From Armatimonadota bacterium (lineage in GTDB: Bacteria; Armatimonadota; SYMT01): DNA of 64,000 nt. Location: assembly GCA_041690135.1 (NCBI GenBank), contig JAWLHY010000002.1:752342-816341 (forward strand), read 5' to 3'. Shown piece after piece: positions 19,968-30,571 of this stretch; position 1 is the first letter of the stretch, and every line of letters begins with the position of its first letter. Below the pieces are notes generated by a model that worked only from the letters and a program-made list of their open reading frames with translations, searched no databases and was not told the DNA's origin. The position numbers and the translations under genes were made by a program.

Positions 19968-21338
19968 TCAGATGGATCCGAATATCAGCGGAAAGAGGAC
20001 CACCACGATCGCCGCCCACACGGCGTAGACCGGCAGGTAGTCCGTCTGCCACCGCTCGAGGGCCGCGAACGATCCGCGCCCCCGCAGAAAGCGGAGGTAG
20101 AGCACGGCGGACCACGCCAGGTTGACCAGGAGGATCACGTTCTCCCCCAGGGCGGCCACGCGGTTCGGGGTGAAGCCGAACCCGGTGATGCGCGCGGCAA
20201 TGGCCCACAGCGCCACCGCGTCCGCCAGCAGCGCGCAGACCACGAGTACCACCTGCACCACGTCGAAGGCGCCGGGCGGCGACTGGGGATCTCGGGCGGA
20301 GAGGGAGTAGAGCAGCAGTCCCAGGACCAGGACCAGGAGCAGGTCGAACGCGATGAGCACGTTCCGCTCGATGTCGACGCCGCGCCCGGTCCACAGCAGG
20401 GTCCCCAGGAACGCCACCAGCACCGCGGCGAAGAGGGGGGTGAACAGGCGCGTCAACACGGGCGCCATGTTTTCGATCACGCTCTGCTTGGCCTCTACCA
20501 GCCAGGAAGCGATCAGCACGGCCCCGGCCGCCCCACAAGGCAGCAGCCACGACTCGAAGAACGGCTCGACGTCGATCCCGATGGCCTGGTAGATCAACGC
20601 CATGAACGCGGTGAGAACGCCGCCGCCGAGCGCGATCAATACATAGTAGATGAAGAGCTCGCCCGAGAACCGGATGAAGTCCATGCGGCCGCTCACCTGG
20701 TCCCACCGGTCACCCGCGTATGCAACCCCTACTACCAGCCAGAGTGCGATCGGCAGGTGCAGCGCCGTAAGCATCTCGGTGTAGCCGCCCGGGGCGAAGG
20801 GATAGATATTGGCGAACACCGCCGCAACGAAAAGCGCCGCAGCCAGCCAGCGGATCATCCGGGCATCGAGCCGCCGTTTCCAGACGAAGTATCCGGCCAG
20901 GAGGGGCAGCACGAAGAGGCTCAGATTGCGGGCGTAGAAAGCGGCGTCCTCGTCCAGTTGCAGCCCGAAGAGCGCCGGCAGCTTGATGGCCATGGCCGCC
21001 GCCACGGCCAGCCCGAAGGCGACGAAGGCCTCCATCCGAACGTGCGCCTGGGGCTCCCCGGAATCCGCGGGGGCCATCACGAGCTGTCTCCAGAGGCGCT
21101 CCGAGTGCTCCCGCGCAAACTCGCGGGAGAGGGCATCGAGGTTGCCCATGCGCTTCACCGCCACCAGGAACGCCTCATCCGTGGCGAGCCCCGCGTCGGT
21201 CAGAACCGCTATCTGCTCGCGCAGATGGTCCTCCAACTCCGCCACGTCGGCGGACTGGATTGCCTGCCGACGGCGGACAAAGCTCCGCCAGCGGTCGATC
21301 TGTTCCTCGAGCGAAACCGCGTTACCTGAGGCCCACAT
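19968..21338 (-). CDS. Permease-prefix-domain-1 membrane protein
   Basis: ELEDHLREQ...L...GL..DEAFLVAVKRMG followed by many TM helices; downstream of padR. Confidence 0.85.
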   Translation of the reverse strand: MWASGNAVSLEEQIDRWRSFVRRRQAIQSADVAELEDHLREQIAVLTDAGLATDEAFLVAVKRMGNLDALSREFAREHSERLWRQLVMAPADSGEPQAHVRMEAFVAFGLAVAAAMAIKLPALFGLQLDEDAAFYARNLSLFVLPLLAGYFVWKRRLDARMIRWLAAALFVAAVFANIYPFAPGGYTEMLTALHLPIALWLVVGVAYAGDRWDQVSGRMDFIRFSGELFIYYVLIALGGGVLTAFMALIYQAIGIDVEPFFESWLLPCGAAGAVLIASWLVEAKQSVIENMAPVLTRLFTPLFAAVLVAFLGTLLWTGRGVDIERNVLIAFDLLLVLVLGLLLYSLSARDPQSPPGAFDVVQVVLVVCALLADAVALWAIAARITGFGFTPNRVAALGENVILLVNLAWSAVLYLRFLRGRGSFAALERWQTDYLPVYAVWAAIVVVLFPLIFGSI

Positions 21339-21341
21339 CGC

Positions 21342-21728
21342 TCACGCTCCTTCCGGCAGGGGCGCGGGCGCAGTCGGGTGGACGGCCGGGACGGATTGGG
21401 AGAGCGTCTGCCAGAGGCCGCGGAGCGTGGCGTCTACCGCCTGCCACTGCCGGCGTTCCTCCTCGAGCTGCGCCCGGCCCTGGGGCGTGATCCCGTAGTA
21501 CTTGCGGCGCCGACCGCTCTCCGCCACCTCCCACCGCGCCCGGACATGGCCCAGCCGTTCGAGCCGGTGCAGCACGGGGTAGAGCATCCCGTCCGTCCAC
21601 TCCATGCGCCCACCGGACAATTCTTGAACTCGCTTCAGGATGGCATAGCCGTAGCTGTCCCCCTCGGCCAGGATCGCCAGGACGATCGGGGTCGAGGAAG
21701 CGGCTATCAGGTCCTTGTTGATCTCCAT
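21342..21728 (-). CDS. PadR-family transcriptional regulator
   Basis: DSYGYAI..., GMLYPVLHRLE..G, RRRKYY.IT..GR. Confidence 0.93.
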   Translation of the reverse strand: MEINKDLIAASSTPIVLAILAEGDSYGYAILKRVQELSGGRMEWTDGMLYPVLHRLERLGHVRARWEVAESGRRRKYYGITPQGRAQLEEERRQWQAVDATLRGLWQTLSQSVPAVHPTAPAPLPEGA

Positions 21729-21787
21729 GGTTTCACCCGCCTGGTAGCACTTACGCACGCATTCCTCTATACCTGATACCTGGCAGT

Positions 21788-21817
21788 ATTATACATAGAG
21801 GTCCAAGGTATTGCCAA
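21788..21817 (-). promoter_or_regulatory. padR promoter with overlapping palindromic operator
   Basis: Minus strand TTGGCA-N18-TATAAT; imperfect palindrome ATACATAG-N5-CAAGGTAT at 21791-21811. Confidence 0.6.
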
Positions 21818-22264
21818 TCCGGGTGTCCGTGGGGAATCTCCGTTAGCTGCGGCCGGATCTCCACCGCGGTTCACGGGCGCGTGTTTTCCAAGCTTCGGCA
21901 TCCGAGCTCGGAGGGTGCGCAGCGAAATGCGGCCGGGTGGGTAGATGTACAAGGCGTCGATCTCCCACTGGATTGATAAAAGGTTTCCAGGCGCATCTTT
22001 ATGTGTATAAAGTATATTTATATGGCGAGGCAGGGTTATTGCTTTTCAGTTAAGCAAACTGCCCCAGCTTTGGTACCTGTGACGGGTTGTAGTGTGCGAA
22101 ACTGGCCACAGCATAGGTCGCCAATTGCGGTGTGATTTGTCATAAGAACCGAGAGACCTGGAAACGCACCCGGAGTGAACCCAGCGGAGCAGGACGAAAC
22201 TATACTTCCTGCCTGGAGAAGTACCAGCATGCCAGATGGGGAAGGAAGAGGGTGGCGGGAAGTT

Positions 22265-24130
22265 ATGGAATCGGCCTTCCTGGACGCGATTGTGGCGTCC
22301 TCAGATGACGCCATCGTCAGCAAAGACCTGAACGGCATCGTGACCAGTTGGAACGCCGCCGCGGAGCGGATCTTCGGTTACAGCGCGGAGGAGATGATCG
22401 GGCAGCCGATCCTGAAGCTGATTCCATCGGACCGCCAGAGTGAGGAACCGGCAATCCTGGAACGCATCCGCCGCGGGGAGCGGGTCGATCACTTCGAAAC
22501 GATACGACGGCGCAAGGACGGCCGCGAAATCAACGTGTCGGTCACCATCTCTCCGATCCGCGGCGCCGACGGCCGGATTGTAGGTGCGTCGAAGATCGTG
22601 CGAGACCTTACCGGACAGCAGGAGGCACTTGTGCAGGGCGCATTACTCGCGGCCATCGTGCAGTCCTCGGACGACGCTATCGTCAGTAAGGACCTGAACG
22701 GCATCGTGACGAGCTGGAATGCCGCCGCGGAGCGGATCTTCGGTTACACCGCCGCCGAAATGATCGGGCAGCCGATCCTGAAATTAATTCCACCGGACCG
22801 CCAGAGTGAGGAGCCGGAGATCCTGGCGCGGATCCGCCGCGGGGAGCGGGTCGACCACTTCGAAACGATACGACGGCGCAAGGATGGCCGCAAAATCAAC
22901 GTGTCGGTTACCATCTCTCCGATCCGCGGCGCCGACGGCCGGATCGTGGGCGCCTCCAAGGTCGCACGCGATATTACCGAGCAGAAGCGGATGGAAAAGG
23001 AACTCCGCCGGTATGCAGAAGAACTGGCGGCCCAGCACCGGCAGAAGGACCGGTTCATGGCGATGCTGGCCCACGAACTGCGCAACCCGCTGACCCCGAT
23101 GCGCACCGCCCTGGAGATCTTACGCCATCGCGGCGGGGATGCGACCCAGGTCGAACGGGTGCGGGAAGTGCTCGACCGGCAGGTGAGAAACCTGACGCGA
23201 CTGGTGGAAGACCTCCTGGACATCTCCCGTCTGACACAGGGGAAGGTGCATCCCCGGCTGGAGCGGGTCGATTTGGCCCGGCTCATCCGGTTCAATTGCC
23301 GGGGGCACGAAGCTCATGCGGAAGCTTCCGGGCTGGCCCTCCACTGTATGGTTCCCGAGCTACCCCTCTGGGTGATGGCCGACCCGACTCGTCTCGACCA
23401 GGTCCTCGACAACCTGCTGGAGAACGCCATCAAGTTCACGGCCAGCGGGGGAAGAATCACGGTGGCGGCGGGAACGGAAGGTGACAGTGTCTTGATGACC
23501 GTCCGCGACACGGGGATTGGGATCGATCCGCAGTTGCTCCCCCGGCTGTTCGACGCCTTTACGCAGGATGAGCAATCGCTCGCGCGCAGCCGGGGTGGGT
23601 TGGGCCTCGGGCTTTCGATCGTTCGCGGACTGATCGAGCTTCACGGCGGCAGTGTTTCCGCGCACAGCGACGGCCGCGACCAAGGGGCGGAGTTCCGCGT
23701 GCGTCTGCCCCGCCTGGAAGAGCCTTCCGCACTAACGCAGGAGACGCCGGAGGCGAAACCGGCTGCGGGCAGCCATCGGGTGCTGGTAGTCGAGGACAAC
23801 CAGGATGCGGCGGACAGCCTGGCCGACCTGCTGCGGATCTTCGGTTATGAAGTGCGGGTGGCATATTCCGGCCCGGCCGGGCTAGAAGCGGCGCAGTTGT
23901 TCCACCCGGAGATCGTCTTGTGCGACATCGGTCTACCCGGTCTCGATGGCTACGAGGTCGCCCGCCGGCTGCGGAGTGACGCCGGCACCACTGCGGTGCG
24001 TCTCATCGCCGTGACCGGGTACGGCGATGAGAACGATCGCGAGCGCGCCCGCCAAGCCGGCTTCGATGAGCATCTCGTAAAGCCCGTGGACCCGGACCGC
24101 CTCCTGGGGGAGCTTTCGTCCAACCGGTAG
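22265..24130 (+). CDS. PAS-PAS hybrid sensor histidine kinase/response regulator
   Basis: Two PAS-PAC repeats, AHELRNPL H-box, NLLENAIKF, DTGIGI, GLGLGL, receiver VVEDN..CDIGLPG..VKP. Confidence 0.95.
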   Translation: MESAFLDAIVASSDDAIVSKDLNGIVTSWNAAAERIFGYSAEEMIGQPILKLIPSDRQSEEPAILERIRRGERVDHFETIRRRKDGREINVSVTISPIRGADGRIVGASKIVRDLTGQQEALVQGALLAAIVQSSDDAIVSKDLNGIVTSWNAAAERIFGYTAAEMIGQPILKLIPPDRQSEEPEILARIRRGERVDHFETIRRRKDGRKINVSVTISPIRGADGRIVGASKVARDITEQKRMEKELRRYAEELAAQHRQKDRFMAMLAHELRNPLTPMRTALEILRHRGGDATQVERVREVLDRQVRNLTRLVEDLLDISRLTQGKVHPRLERVDLARLIRFNCRGHEAHAEASGLALHCMVPELPLWVMADPTRLDQVLDNLLENAIKFTASGGRITVAAGTEGDSVLMTVRDTGIGIDPQLLPRLFDAFTQDEQSLARSRGGLGLGLSIVRGLIELHGGSVSAHSDGRDQGAEFRVRLPRLEEPSALTQETPEAKPAAGSHRVLVVEDNQDAADSLADLLRIFGYEVRVAYSGPAGLEAAQLFHPEIVLCDIGLPGLDGYEVARRLRSDAGTTAVRLIAVTGYGDENDRERARQAGFDEHLVKPVDPDRLLGELSSNR

Positions 24131-24159
24131 CGTCGGCGGGTTTCATGCCCCCTCTCGTG

Positions 24160-24546
24160 TCAGATAACTCGTCGGTCAGGCTCTACCTCCAGGCACTCGC
24201 GCACGAAGGCGGAAAGGGCTTCAGCATCTCGGCAACCACACCTCCCCCCGACCAGTTCGCCATCCACGAAGCACGCGAGGAACGGAATGTTCAGCACTTC
24301 GCATCTTCGGCAGAACTCCGCGTTCACGGGAAGATCGATATTGCACGAACAGAAGTAGACACGATCCTGAAACTCCGATAGGACTGCCAGGAGAGTTCGG
24401 TCCATCACAGGATCGTAGCCATTCCACTCGGCCCAGAAGTGCACGACGACCACGGCATGTGTTTGCAGCACCCTCGGCAGGGAGCTACCCGTTACCTCGG
24501 GTGTCGAAGGGCGCCAGCCTTGGATGGGGCGAGGAATCTCGTTCAT
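24160..24546 (-). CDS. Thioredoxin-fold protein lacking the canonical CxxC
   Basis: VVVHFWAEWNGYD in place of FWAxWCxxC; NIP cis-Pro loop; F.DGE.V. Confidence 0.65.
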   Translation of the reverse strand: MNEIPRPIQGWRPSTPEVTGSSLPRVLQTHAVVVVHFWAEWNGYDPVMDRTLLAVLSEFQDRVYFCSCNIDLPVNAEFCRRCEVLNIPFLACFVDGELVGGRCGCRDAEALSAFVRECLEVEPDRRVI

Positions 24547-24626
24547 CGTGCCTGATAGGACCTTCGCGATCATATCCGCGAGCCATGTTCGACTTCATTG
24601 GCCGCCCACTTGAACGGCTCCGTGGC

Positions 24627-25400
24627 TCAACCGGGAAGACCTTCGCGCAAGATCTCGTTTGGGGTGGAGGTCCAGGCCACGCTCTCACCGTCCGACCAGT
24701 AAGCGTAGAAGGCCGGCTCGGTGTCATCCGGCGAGCGGTAGGCGAGAAGCACCTCGCCGCCCTGCTCGTCGTCATAACCGAAGTCGAACGTCAGGGCTGG
24801 ATCGTAGGGCTGGGGGAGCCCCGCACCGAATTCCTCGACGTAAGCCTCGCCCAGCGGCTCCACTTCTTCCAGCCGGAAGAGGAAGAGACGCTGGCTGCGA
24901 ATCATTCCGCCGTTCTGCTGTTGATACGCCTGGCGCACGATGCCCGGAAGGGCGACGCCATGACGGCTTTCCCATTCCGCAATCTGCGCCTCCGTGAGGG
25001 CCGGTCCAAAGTTCTTCGTGCCGGGGTCCTCATTCGGCTGGCCCCACATCCAGTCCGCGGGAAGGGCCGGTGCGCCGGCGTTCTGCTGGGGCGCAGTCCG
25101 GTCCCCCTTCAGGCCGGCGATGAATTGCGAAAAGAGCCTCCCCTTGTTGTCCATCGCTTCCTCCGCTTGTAACACGATCAAGAGCTGGAAGAGGGCGCCC
25201 ATGGCGGCGTCCTCATTCTCCGCACCGCCGACCGCCTCCACGAGCGACCCGTGCGCAATCAGTAGCTCCAGATGTGACCGCACTTGCGCGCGTTCGGGGG
25301 GCGAAACCGCCTGGGGTTCCTCGTCCAGAAACGCGAGCGCCATGCGCAGGCGCTCCTCCATCGGCCGCCCTGCGTCTCTCGCGGCGGCGATCCGGGCCAT
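24627..25400 (-). CDS. SMI1/KNR4 (SUKH) family protein
   Basis: LTEAQIAEWE..HGVALP...RQAY..QNGG; FG.D..G...LLAY. Confidence 0.75.
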   Translation of the reverse strand: MARIAAARDAGRPMEERLRMALAFLDEEPQAVSPPERAQVRSHLELLIAHGSLVEAVGGAENEDAAMGALFQLLIVLQAEEAMDNKGRLFSQFIAGLKGDRTAPQQNAGAPALPADWMWGQPNEDPGTKNFGPALTEAQIAEWESRHGVALPGIVRQAYQQQNGGMIRSQRLFLFRLEEVEPLGEAYVEEFGAGLPQPYDPALTFDFGYDDEQGGEVLLAYRSPDDTEPAFYAYWSDGESVAWTSTPNEILREGLPG

Positions 25401-25586
25401 AAGCGCACTCACTTTTTCATTCTGCACGGTCGGGCTTCCTGTCCATCCTCCGTGGAATATTCGCCGGATCAACAGCGATCCTGAGGGCGGGATTCCTGCC
25501 GTGTCCGCCAGCCTACCCGGCAGGGCTGAGGTATCTGGAACTGCGAGTGCCCGTGAACACTTTGTGGAGCAGCTCTTCCCCGCGCA

Positions 25587-26363
25587 TTACCTGCACAAAA
25601 AGCGCATGACGCTTTCAGCATACAGGGCGGGGGCCGTCGTCATGCCCTCGTGCGCCTGGCCGGGCAGCTCTTCAATGCAGGCATGCGGTAGGACGGACGC
25701 CAGCGCATCGGTGACGTAGAGATCGCGGGGACTTTCCGTGCCGACTTGCAGGAGCACGGGTACTGTGAGCTGCCGGAACCGCTCGGGAAGGAACTTGTAG
25801 CGGTGAAGCACCTGCAAGTCCCCGAGCGTTGCCGGCGCATCGGCGAGAATGGGCGGCCAGTGCACCGAGTTCCGCAGTTCGTCCAGTTCTTCGGTTGGAA
25901 CCAGAAGCGTATCGCGGAAGAACCTGTAGGCAAACTCGTCCCAATCTCCCGCGCGAGCGAGCGTCTCCAGTCGCGACAGGGGCTCCCTACCGATGAGTTG
26001 GGGCCACGGAGCTTCGTAAAGCACCAGTTTGCCTACCGCTTCCGGGACCTGCGCCGCGGCGGCCAGCGCGATCTGTGCTCCGTAGGAGTGGCCCAGAAGA
26101 AAGACCGTCTCGCCGATGGAGTTGATCAGCGCCACCGCATCCCGGCTTTCATCCACGAGGCTGTGACCGCGGGCCATACTGGTTTCACCTCGTCCCCGGC
26201 GGGCGAGGGCGTAAACAGTGAACCGGCTCTCGAAGTGCGGCTTCACGAACTCCCAGTTGGAGAGGTGATCGCTAAAGCCACCGTGCACCAGCACGAGCGG
26301 CGGACCACTGCCGTACTTTTCGTATGAGACGGTGATGTTCTCGGAAGTGATGATCTGCTGCAT
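25587..26363 (-). CDS. Alpha/beta hydrolase
   Basis: LVLVHGG, RRGRG.T, GHSYG, LPGQAH. Confidence 0.9.
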   Translation of the reverse strand: MQQIITSENITVSYEKYGSGPPLVLVHGGFSDHLSNWEFVKPHFESRFTVYALARRGRGETSMARGHSLVDESRDAVALINSIGETVFLLGHSYGAQIALAAAAQVPEAVGKLVLYEAPWPQLIGREPLSRLETLARAGDWDEFAYRFFRDTLLVPTEELDELRNSVHWPPILADAPATLGDLQVLHRYKFLPERFRQLTVPVLLQVGTESPRDLYVTDALASVLPHACIEELPGQAHEGMTTAPALYAESVMRFLCR

Positions 26364-26772
26364 GGTTTGGTTTCCGGGTGGGCTCATGCCCCTGGGAATA
26401 ACTATCGCCTGCGCCGGCGGAATTCAAGCCGCATCGGCCGATCCCGTGTCGTTCTTTACACACTGCTTCGCTTGCAGATGCAAGAACTCCGCACGGTCTC
26501 GATAGCTGGTAGAGGCCGGGAGGCGGTAGTTCCGGCCGCCGGCTTCCTCACAGCAGCCGGAAAACCCGTCGGCCAGGGTCCTGTAGGCAAACTTGTCCGA
26601 ATGGGTCGGATGGCTGTCCTTCGGGCCACTCGCCAGCGGCATATGCTTGCGCTGGTGATTCGCACTGCCGGGGCCCAATCCCCGCTGCGTTGAGTCGGCC
26701 GCCCGGACCTCCCGCCTCCCAGAGATGGGGCAGGCGTGCCAGGGTCCGCTTGTCGTTGCCACACTAAGGAGA

Positions 26773-27522
26773 ATGCCCATGTCGATGCCATCGAAACCCA
26801 CGGACCTTTCCGCCGCAAGTGCGGATCCCTGCTCCCAATCCGGAGGCAGCGCCGGCGTGCTGCGAGCCGCCCCGGAGAGTTGGCCGATCCCCCGGGAAGT
26901 CGCCGGGGTGCGTCTTCCGGACAGCCGCCTGGCCCAGGAAGCGACAGAGTTCACCCGCGAAGCGTCCTCACCCGTGGTGTTCAATCACGCCATGCGCACG
27001 TACCTGTTCGGCGAGTTGTTGGGACGGCGGCAGGGACTGCATTTCGACCCGGAGCTCTTCTACCTGGGAGCCGTGTTCCACGACCTGGGGCAGACGGAAC
27101 GGTTCATGGGGGAGCAGCGGTTCGAAGTGGACGGCGCCGATGCGGCCGCCGCGTTTCTGGTCGAGCGCGGGATTCCGGTGGAAACGGTGGAAGTGGTCTG
27201 GGACGCGGTTGCGCTCCACACTTCACTGGGGATCGTGCACCGGAAACGACCGGAGATCGCGTTGGTGTCCGCGGGCGCCGGGCTCGACGTTGCCGGGCGA
27301 GGCTTCGACCTGCTGGACCGCAGCGCGATCGAGGCCGTGGTTGCGGCCTTTCCCCGTCCGACCTTCAAGGCGACCTATCAGCAGGTGCTCGCCGAAATCG
27401 TCACCCGCAAGCCGGAGACCGCCTGTTGGAACTTCCTGGCTGGCATCGGAAGACGGCACGTGCCTGGGTTCGAAGAGCCCAACATCTGCGATTGGATCGA
27501 AGACGCCCCGTTCGCGGAATAG
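26773..27522 (+). CDS. HD-domain protein (cyanamide-hydratase-like)
   Basis: FNHAMRTY, FHDLG, RFEVDGADAA, VWDAVALHT; AAGGAG upstream. Confidence 0.88.
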   Translation: MPMSMPSKPTDLSAASADPCSQSGGSAGVLRAAPESWPIPREVAGVRLPDSRLAQEATEFTREASSPVVFNHAMRTYLFGELLGRRQGLHFDPELFYLGAVFHDLGQTERFMGEQRFEVDGADAAAAFLVERGIPVETVEVVWDAVALHTSLGIVHRKRPEIALVSAGAGLDVAGRGFDLLDRSAIEAVVAAFPRPTFKATYQQVLAEIVTRKPETACWNFLAGIGRRHVPGFEEPNICDWIEDAPFAE

Positions 27523-27574
27523 AAGCACGAGGCACGGAAATCCACGGGGCTTGCTTGGGCCAATCCGACGGCGA

Positions 27575-27934
27575 TCAGTCCGGCACTAACGGAATAGGGG
27601 CGTGGAATGGGAGACAGAGGAACACGCCGAGGCACCCCACCAGCACTCCCAGCGCGAGCGGAACCAGTACCCGCTTCCGGCCCAACAGTGCGCTCCATTG
27701 CCGGCGGGTACCCGCCGCCATCAGGGCGCCCCACACACCGCCGCAGAGAGCCCCGTAGAGCGCGAGGATCCCCATCCCGGCCGCCGTCGGATGTGCGGGC
27801 ACGCCGTTGAGCAGCCAGTCGACGGTGAGGGCCAGGAGGGTAAGCGAGGCGGTCCCGCCCAGCGCCCCTCCGGCGCCGCCCCAAACGGTGGGAGAATCCC
27901 CCGGCGAAGCGAGTTCGGTCTGTTGCATCCGCAT
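27575..27934 (-). CDS. Small membrane protein
   Basis: Three hydrophobic segments. Confidence 0.45.
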   Translation of the reverse strand: MRMQQTELASPGDSPTVWGGAGGALGGTASLTLLALTVDWLLNGVPAHPTAAGMGILALYGALCGGVWGALMAAGTRRQWSALLGRKRVLVPLALGVLVGCLGVFLCLPFHAPIPLVPD

Positions 27935-27968
27935 GCCACCTGCTTCCCCAGTGGAAGCTGAACTTCCT

Positions 27969-28811
27969 TCAGCCCGGGTAGGGCAGAGCCCAGCCCGGCT
28001 CCGGTCGGTAGCGGCGAAGGTAAGCCCACAGCAGGGGAGCGCCCAGGCAGAAGCCGAGGACGCCGGTCCACCACTCCGCCTGAAACTGGGCGAGCGTGGG
28101 GGTAGAGGCGCCGTCCCCCAGGAACACTCCGCCCGCCGCGACCAGCACCACCAGCCCATTATGCGCGGCGTGGCACAGGATGGGTGTCCAGAGGCTGCGG
28201 GTCCGCACATAGAGCATGGCCATAACGAGTGCAAACACCAGTCCACCCAGGACTTCCACGTGAACGACCGCAAACGCTGCCGAGCTGAGCAGGACCCCGC
28301 GCCGGACTCCCCACCGGTGCGCCCAGCGGTGCAGCAGGAGACCGCGGAAGAGAAACTCTTCCACCACCGGCGCGAGCACCACCGCCTCCACGACCGTCAG
28401 GGCGTTGCGCACGGGCGCATTCGGAACGATCAACGCCATTTGGTCGTTCAACACCCAATCGGATACAAACTGGGGAGCAAAGAAGGAGAGTGGTAGATAG
28501 GTAAGCCACAGTCCCGCCAGGGAGAGCGCGAAGAGCGGTATCGCGATACCCAGCAGGCGCCACTCTGACAGCGCAGGGCGCCCGCCGAACAACTGACCCA
28601 GGACTCATCCCGCGCGCCGCGAGAATAGCAGCAGCATCCCGCCGGTCAACAGGTAGGTCAGGCTTCCGGCGAAGGCTTCGAACGCTGACGAGTTTGCGTT
28701 CTCGACCGGCGCGATGAGCTCCGCCACTGTAAAAAAGGTGGCCAGCGTCCCGAAGCAAGCGGCCAATAGCCAACGCGCTCGCAGCCGCGAAAAAGCTGAT
28801 AGATCTGCCAT
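27969..28811 (-). pseudogene. CPBP (CAAX protease/Abi) intramembrane metalloprotease with in-frame TGA
   Basis: EEFLFRG, FAVVH, H...N motifs; upstream ORF 28811-28605 is in the same frame and separated only by TGA at 28607-28605. Confidence 0.7.
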
Positions 28812-28962
28812 CTTTTCTGTTCCCCCTGCGTGTGGCACACCGGGAATCCGCCGAATCTGGCCGGTCCTCCCGCGCGCGCCCACCGTTATTGGCTTTATTT
28901 ACTCGATTGTCTTTCCTACCGCTAGACCCCCTGGCAGCCACGCAGAAAGGACCGCTGAACCG

Positions 28963-29523
28963 ATGACGATCCGCCGCCTCACGGCCGACGAAGCCCGAAG
29001 TAGCATGAGCGCCCTCGCCAACGTTCTGATCGACTGCGTGGAAGGCGGAGCTTCCGTCAGCTTCATGGCGCCGCTCTCGCGCGCGAAGGCAGAAAGCTTC
29101 TGGCAAGGGGTGGCGGAAGGCGTGGCGGCCGGGGACCGGATCCTGCTCGTGGCGGAGGAAGCCGGCGGTGGAGAGATCGTCGGCACGGCGCAGGTGCTGC
29201 TCGGGCTGCCGGAAAACCAGCCGCACCGGGCCGAAATTGCGAAGGTGCTGGTCCGCCGCTCCGCCCGCCGCAGGGGTATCGCTGCCCGCCTGATGCACGC
29301 CGCCGAGGCCGCGGCCCGCGAGGCCGGCCGGACGCTGCTGGTGCTCGACACCGTCACCGGAGGGGATGCGGAGCGCCTCTATGAGCGATTGGGTTGGCAG
29401 CGGGTGGGGGTAGTTCCGGACTTCGCCCTGATGCCGGATGGGCGCCCCTGCAACACGACGATCTTTTACAAGTCCCTCGCTACCGCCGCCAACTGCTCCA
29501 GTTCCCGCACAAAGACCGGCTGA
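28963..29523 (+). CDS. GNAT acetyltransferase (Ttr-like)
   Basis: DCVEGGASVSF, ENQPHRAEIAKVLV..ARRRG, LLVLDT, AERLY. Confidence 0.92.
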   Translation: MTIRRLTADEARSSMSALANVLIDCVEGGASVSFMAPLSRAKAESFWQGVAEGVAAGDRILLVAEEAGGGEIVGTAQVLLGLPENQPHRAEIAKVLVRRSARRRGIAARLMHAAEAAAREAGRTLLVLDTVTGGDAERLYERLGWQRVGVVPDFALMPDGRPCNTTIFYKSLATAANCSSSRTKTG

Positions 29524-29912
29524 AGCAGCCGCGTCATGAACCACCGCTCCAGGGCTCCCGGCAGCCCAGCCCGACCGGGGAGCGCCGTGGAGATAGTCAC
29601 CTCCGCCTGCTGCCCCTCATCCCGCGGCTCAACCGTGAAGGTGGTGACGTACCCGTTGTCGTTCGTCTCCACCAGCACCCGCCCCGGATCCGGCTCTGAA
29701 ACTTCCGAACGGAACGACTGCAACTGCCCCAGCACCCGCATGTGAGCCCGAATGACGGTACCGGCCCCATTACCACCCCGCTCTACCTCCAGGGAGACGA
29801 AGGGCGGTCGGGGCAGGATGCGGGCGTGGCCATCGTGGTAGTCGGCCAGGATGGCGTAGAGCACCTGGGGCGGCGCCGGAATGAGAGCGGTAGCGGAAAT
29901 CTGATGCGGCAC
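29466..29912 (-). CDS. SRPBCC/polyketide cyclase-like protein
   Basis: IPAPP..LYAILADY..GH.RILP...GG.GAGT...EP.PGRVLVE. Confidence 0.8.
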   Translation of the reverse strand: MPHQISATALIPAPPQVLYAILADYHDGHARILPRPPFVSLEVERGGNGAGTVIRAHMRVLGQLQSFRSEVSEPDPGRVLVETNDNGYVTTFTVEPRDEGQQAEVTISTALPGRAGLPGALERWFMTRLLQPVFVRELEQLAAVARDL

Positions 29913-30097
29913 GAGAAATGACTCCGCGGGACCGGGCAGAGAGAGGGTGGTTGACCCCGCGGAATAAAGCTGGCCGGCTCGTCCGGCACCGGCACTCCCC
30001 AGGGTCCCTGATAGTCTAGCCCCCGAAATCGCCAAACGTGCTTCGGAGCGGCAACCGCATCAGGACCTCGTGAGGCCATCGTGGGCGGAAGCGCGGA

Positions 30098-30370
30098 TCA
30101 GATGGACCACCGGCCCGGATCCATACGCATCCCTCCGTCCAGGAGGATCAGCCGGATATCTTGGGTGACAGGGTCCTGCCGGAGAGTATCGGCCACCTCG
30201 GCCCAACCCGCGTCGATCACGATCAGGTCGGGCCGTTCCGTCTGGGCCAGGCGGATCACGGCATCGGCATCGGTCGCTGTCAGGACCTCATAACCGCACC
30301 GCTGGAGATTGAACTCGGCAAGGCGGACGATATGCCTTTCGTCATCACCCACCAGCACTCGCAAAGGCAT
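30098..30370 (-). CDS. Stand-alone, probably truncated response-regulator receiver domain
   Basis: VLVGDDE..I..L...L...GYEV..A.D, PDLIVID; conserved Lys region absent. Confidence 0.65.
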   Translation of the reverse strand: MPLRVLVGDDERHIVRLAEFNLQRCGYEVLTATDADAVIRLAQTERPDLIVIDAGWAEVADTLRQDPVTQDIRLILLDGGMRMDPGRWSI

Positions 30371-30571
30371 GGATGTCTCCGCCGTGGGTCTCAGGTCAGG
30401 ATGGTTCAGTATTCGACAGGTGTCGATTGGTAGCCCCGGAGGAGCGGATGGAAAGCGGGCGCCCACTTGTGGGCAGGGGAGTGTGAACCCCCGGTCCTGG
30501 TGCCCGCACGGAACAGCCCTGGAGGGGCGACAGAGCAACACCCCGGTCGGAATTGTATCTGACGCTAGGTT

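Noticed and set aside
19798-20706. N-terminal extension of the serine hydrolase ORF
   Set aside because: Overlaps the permease gene in another frame; the signal peptide starts at 19797.
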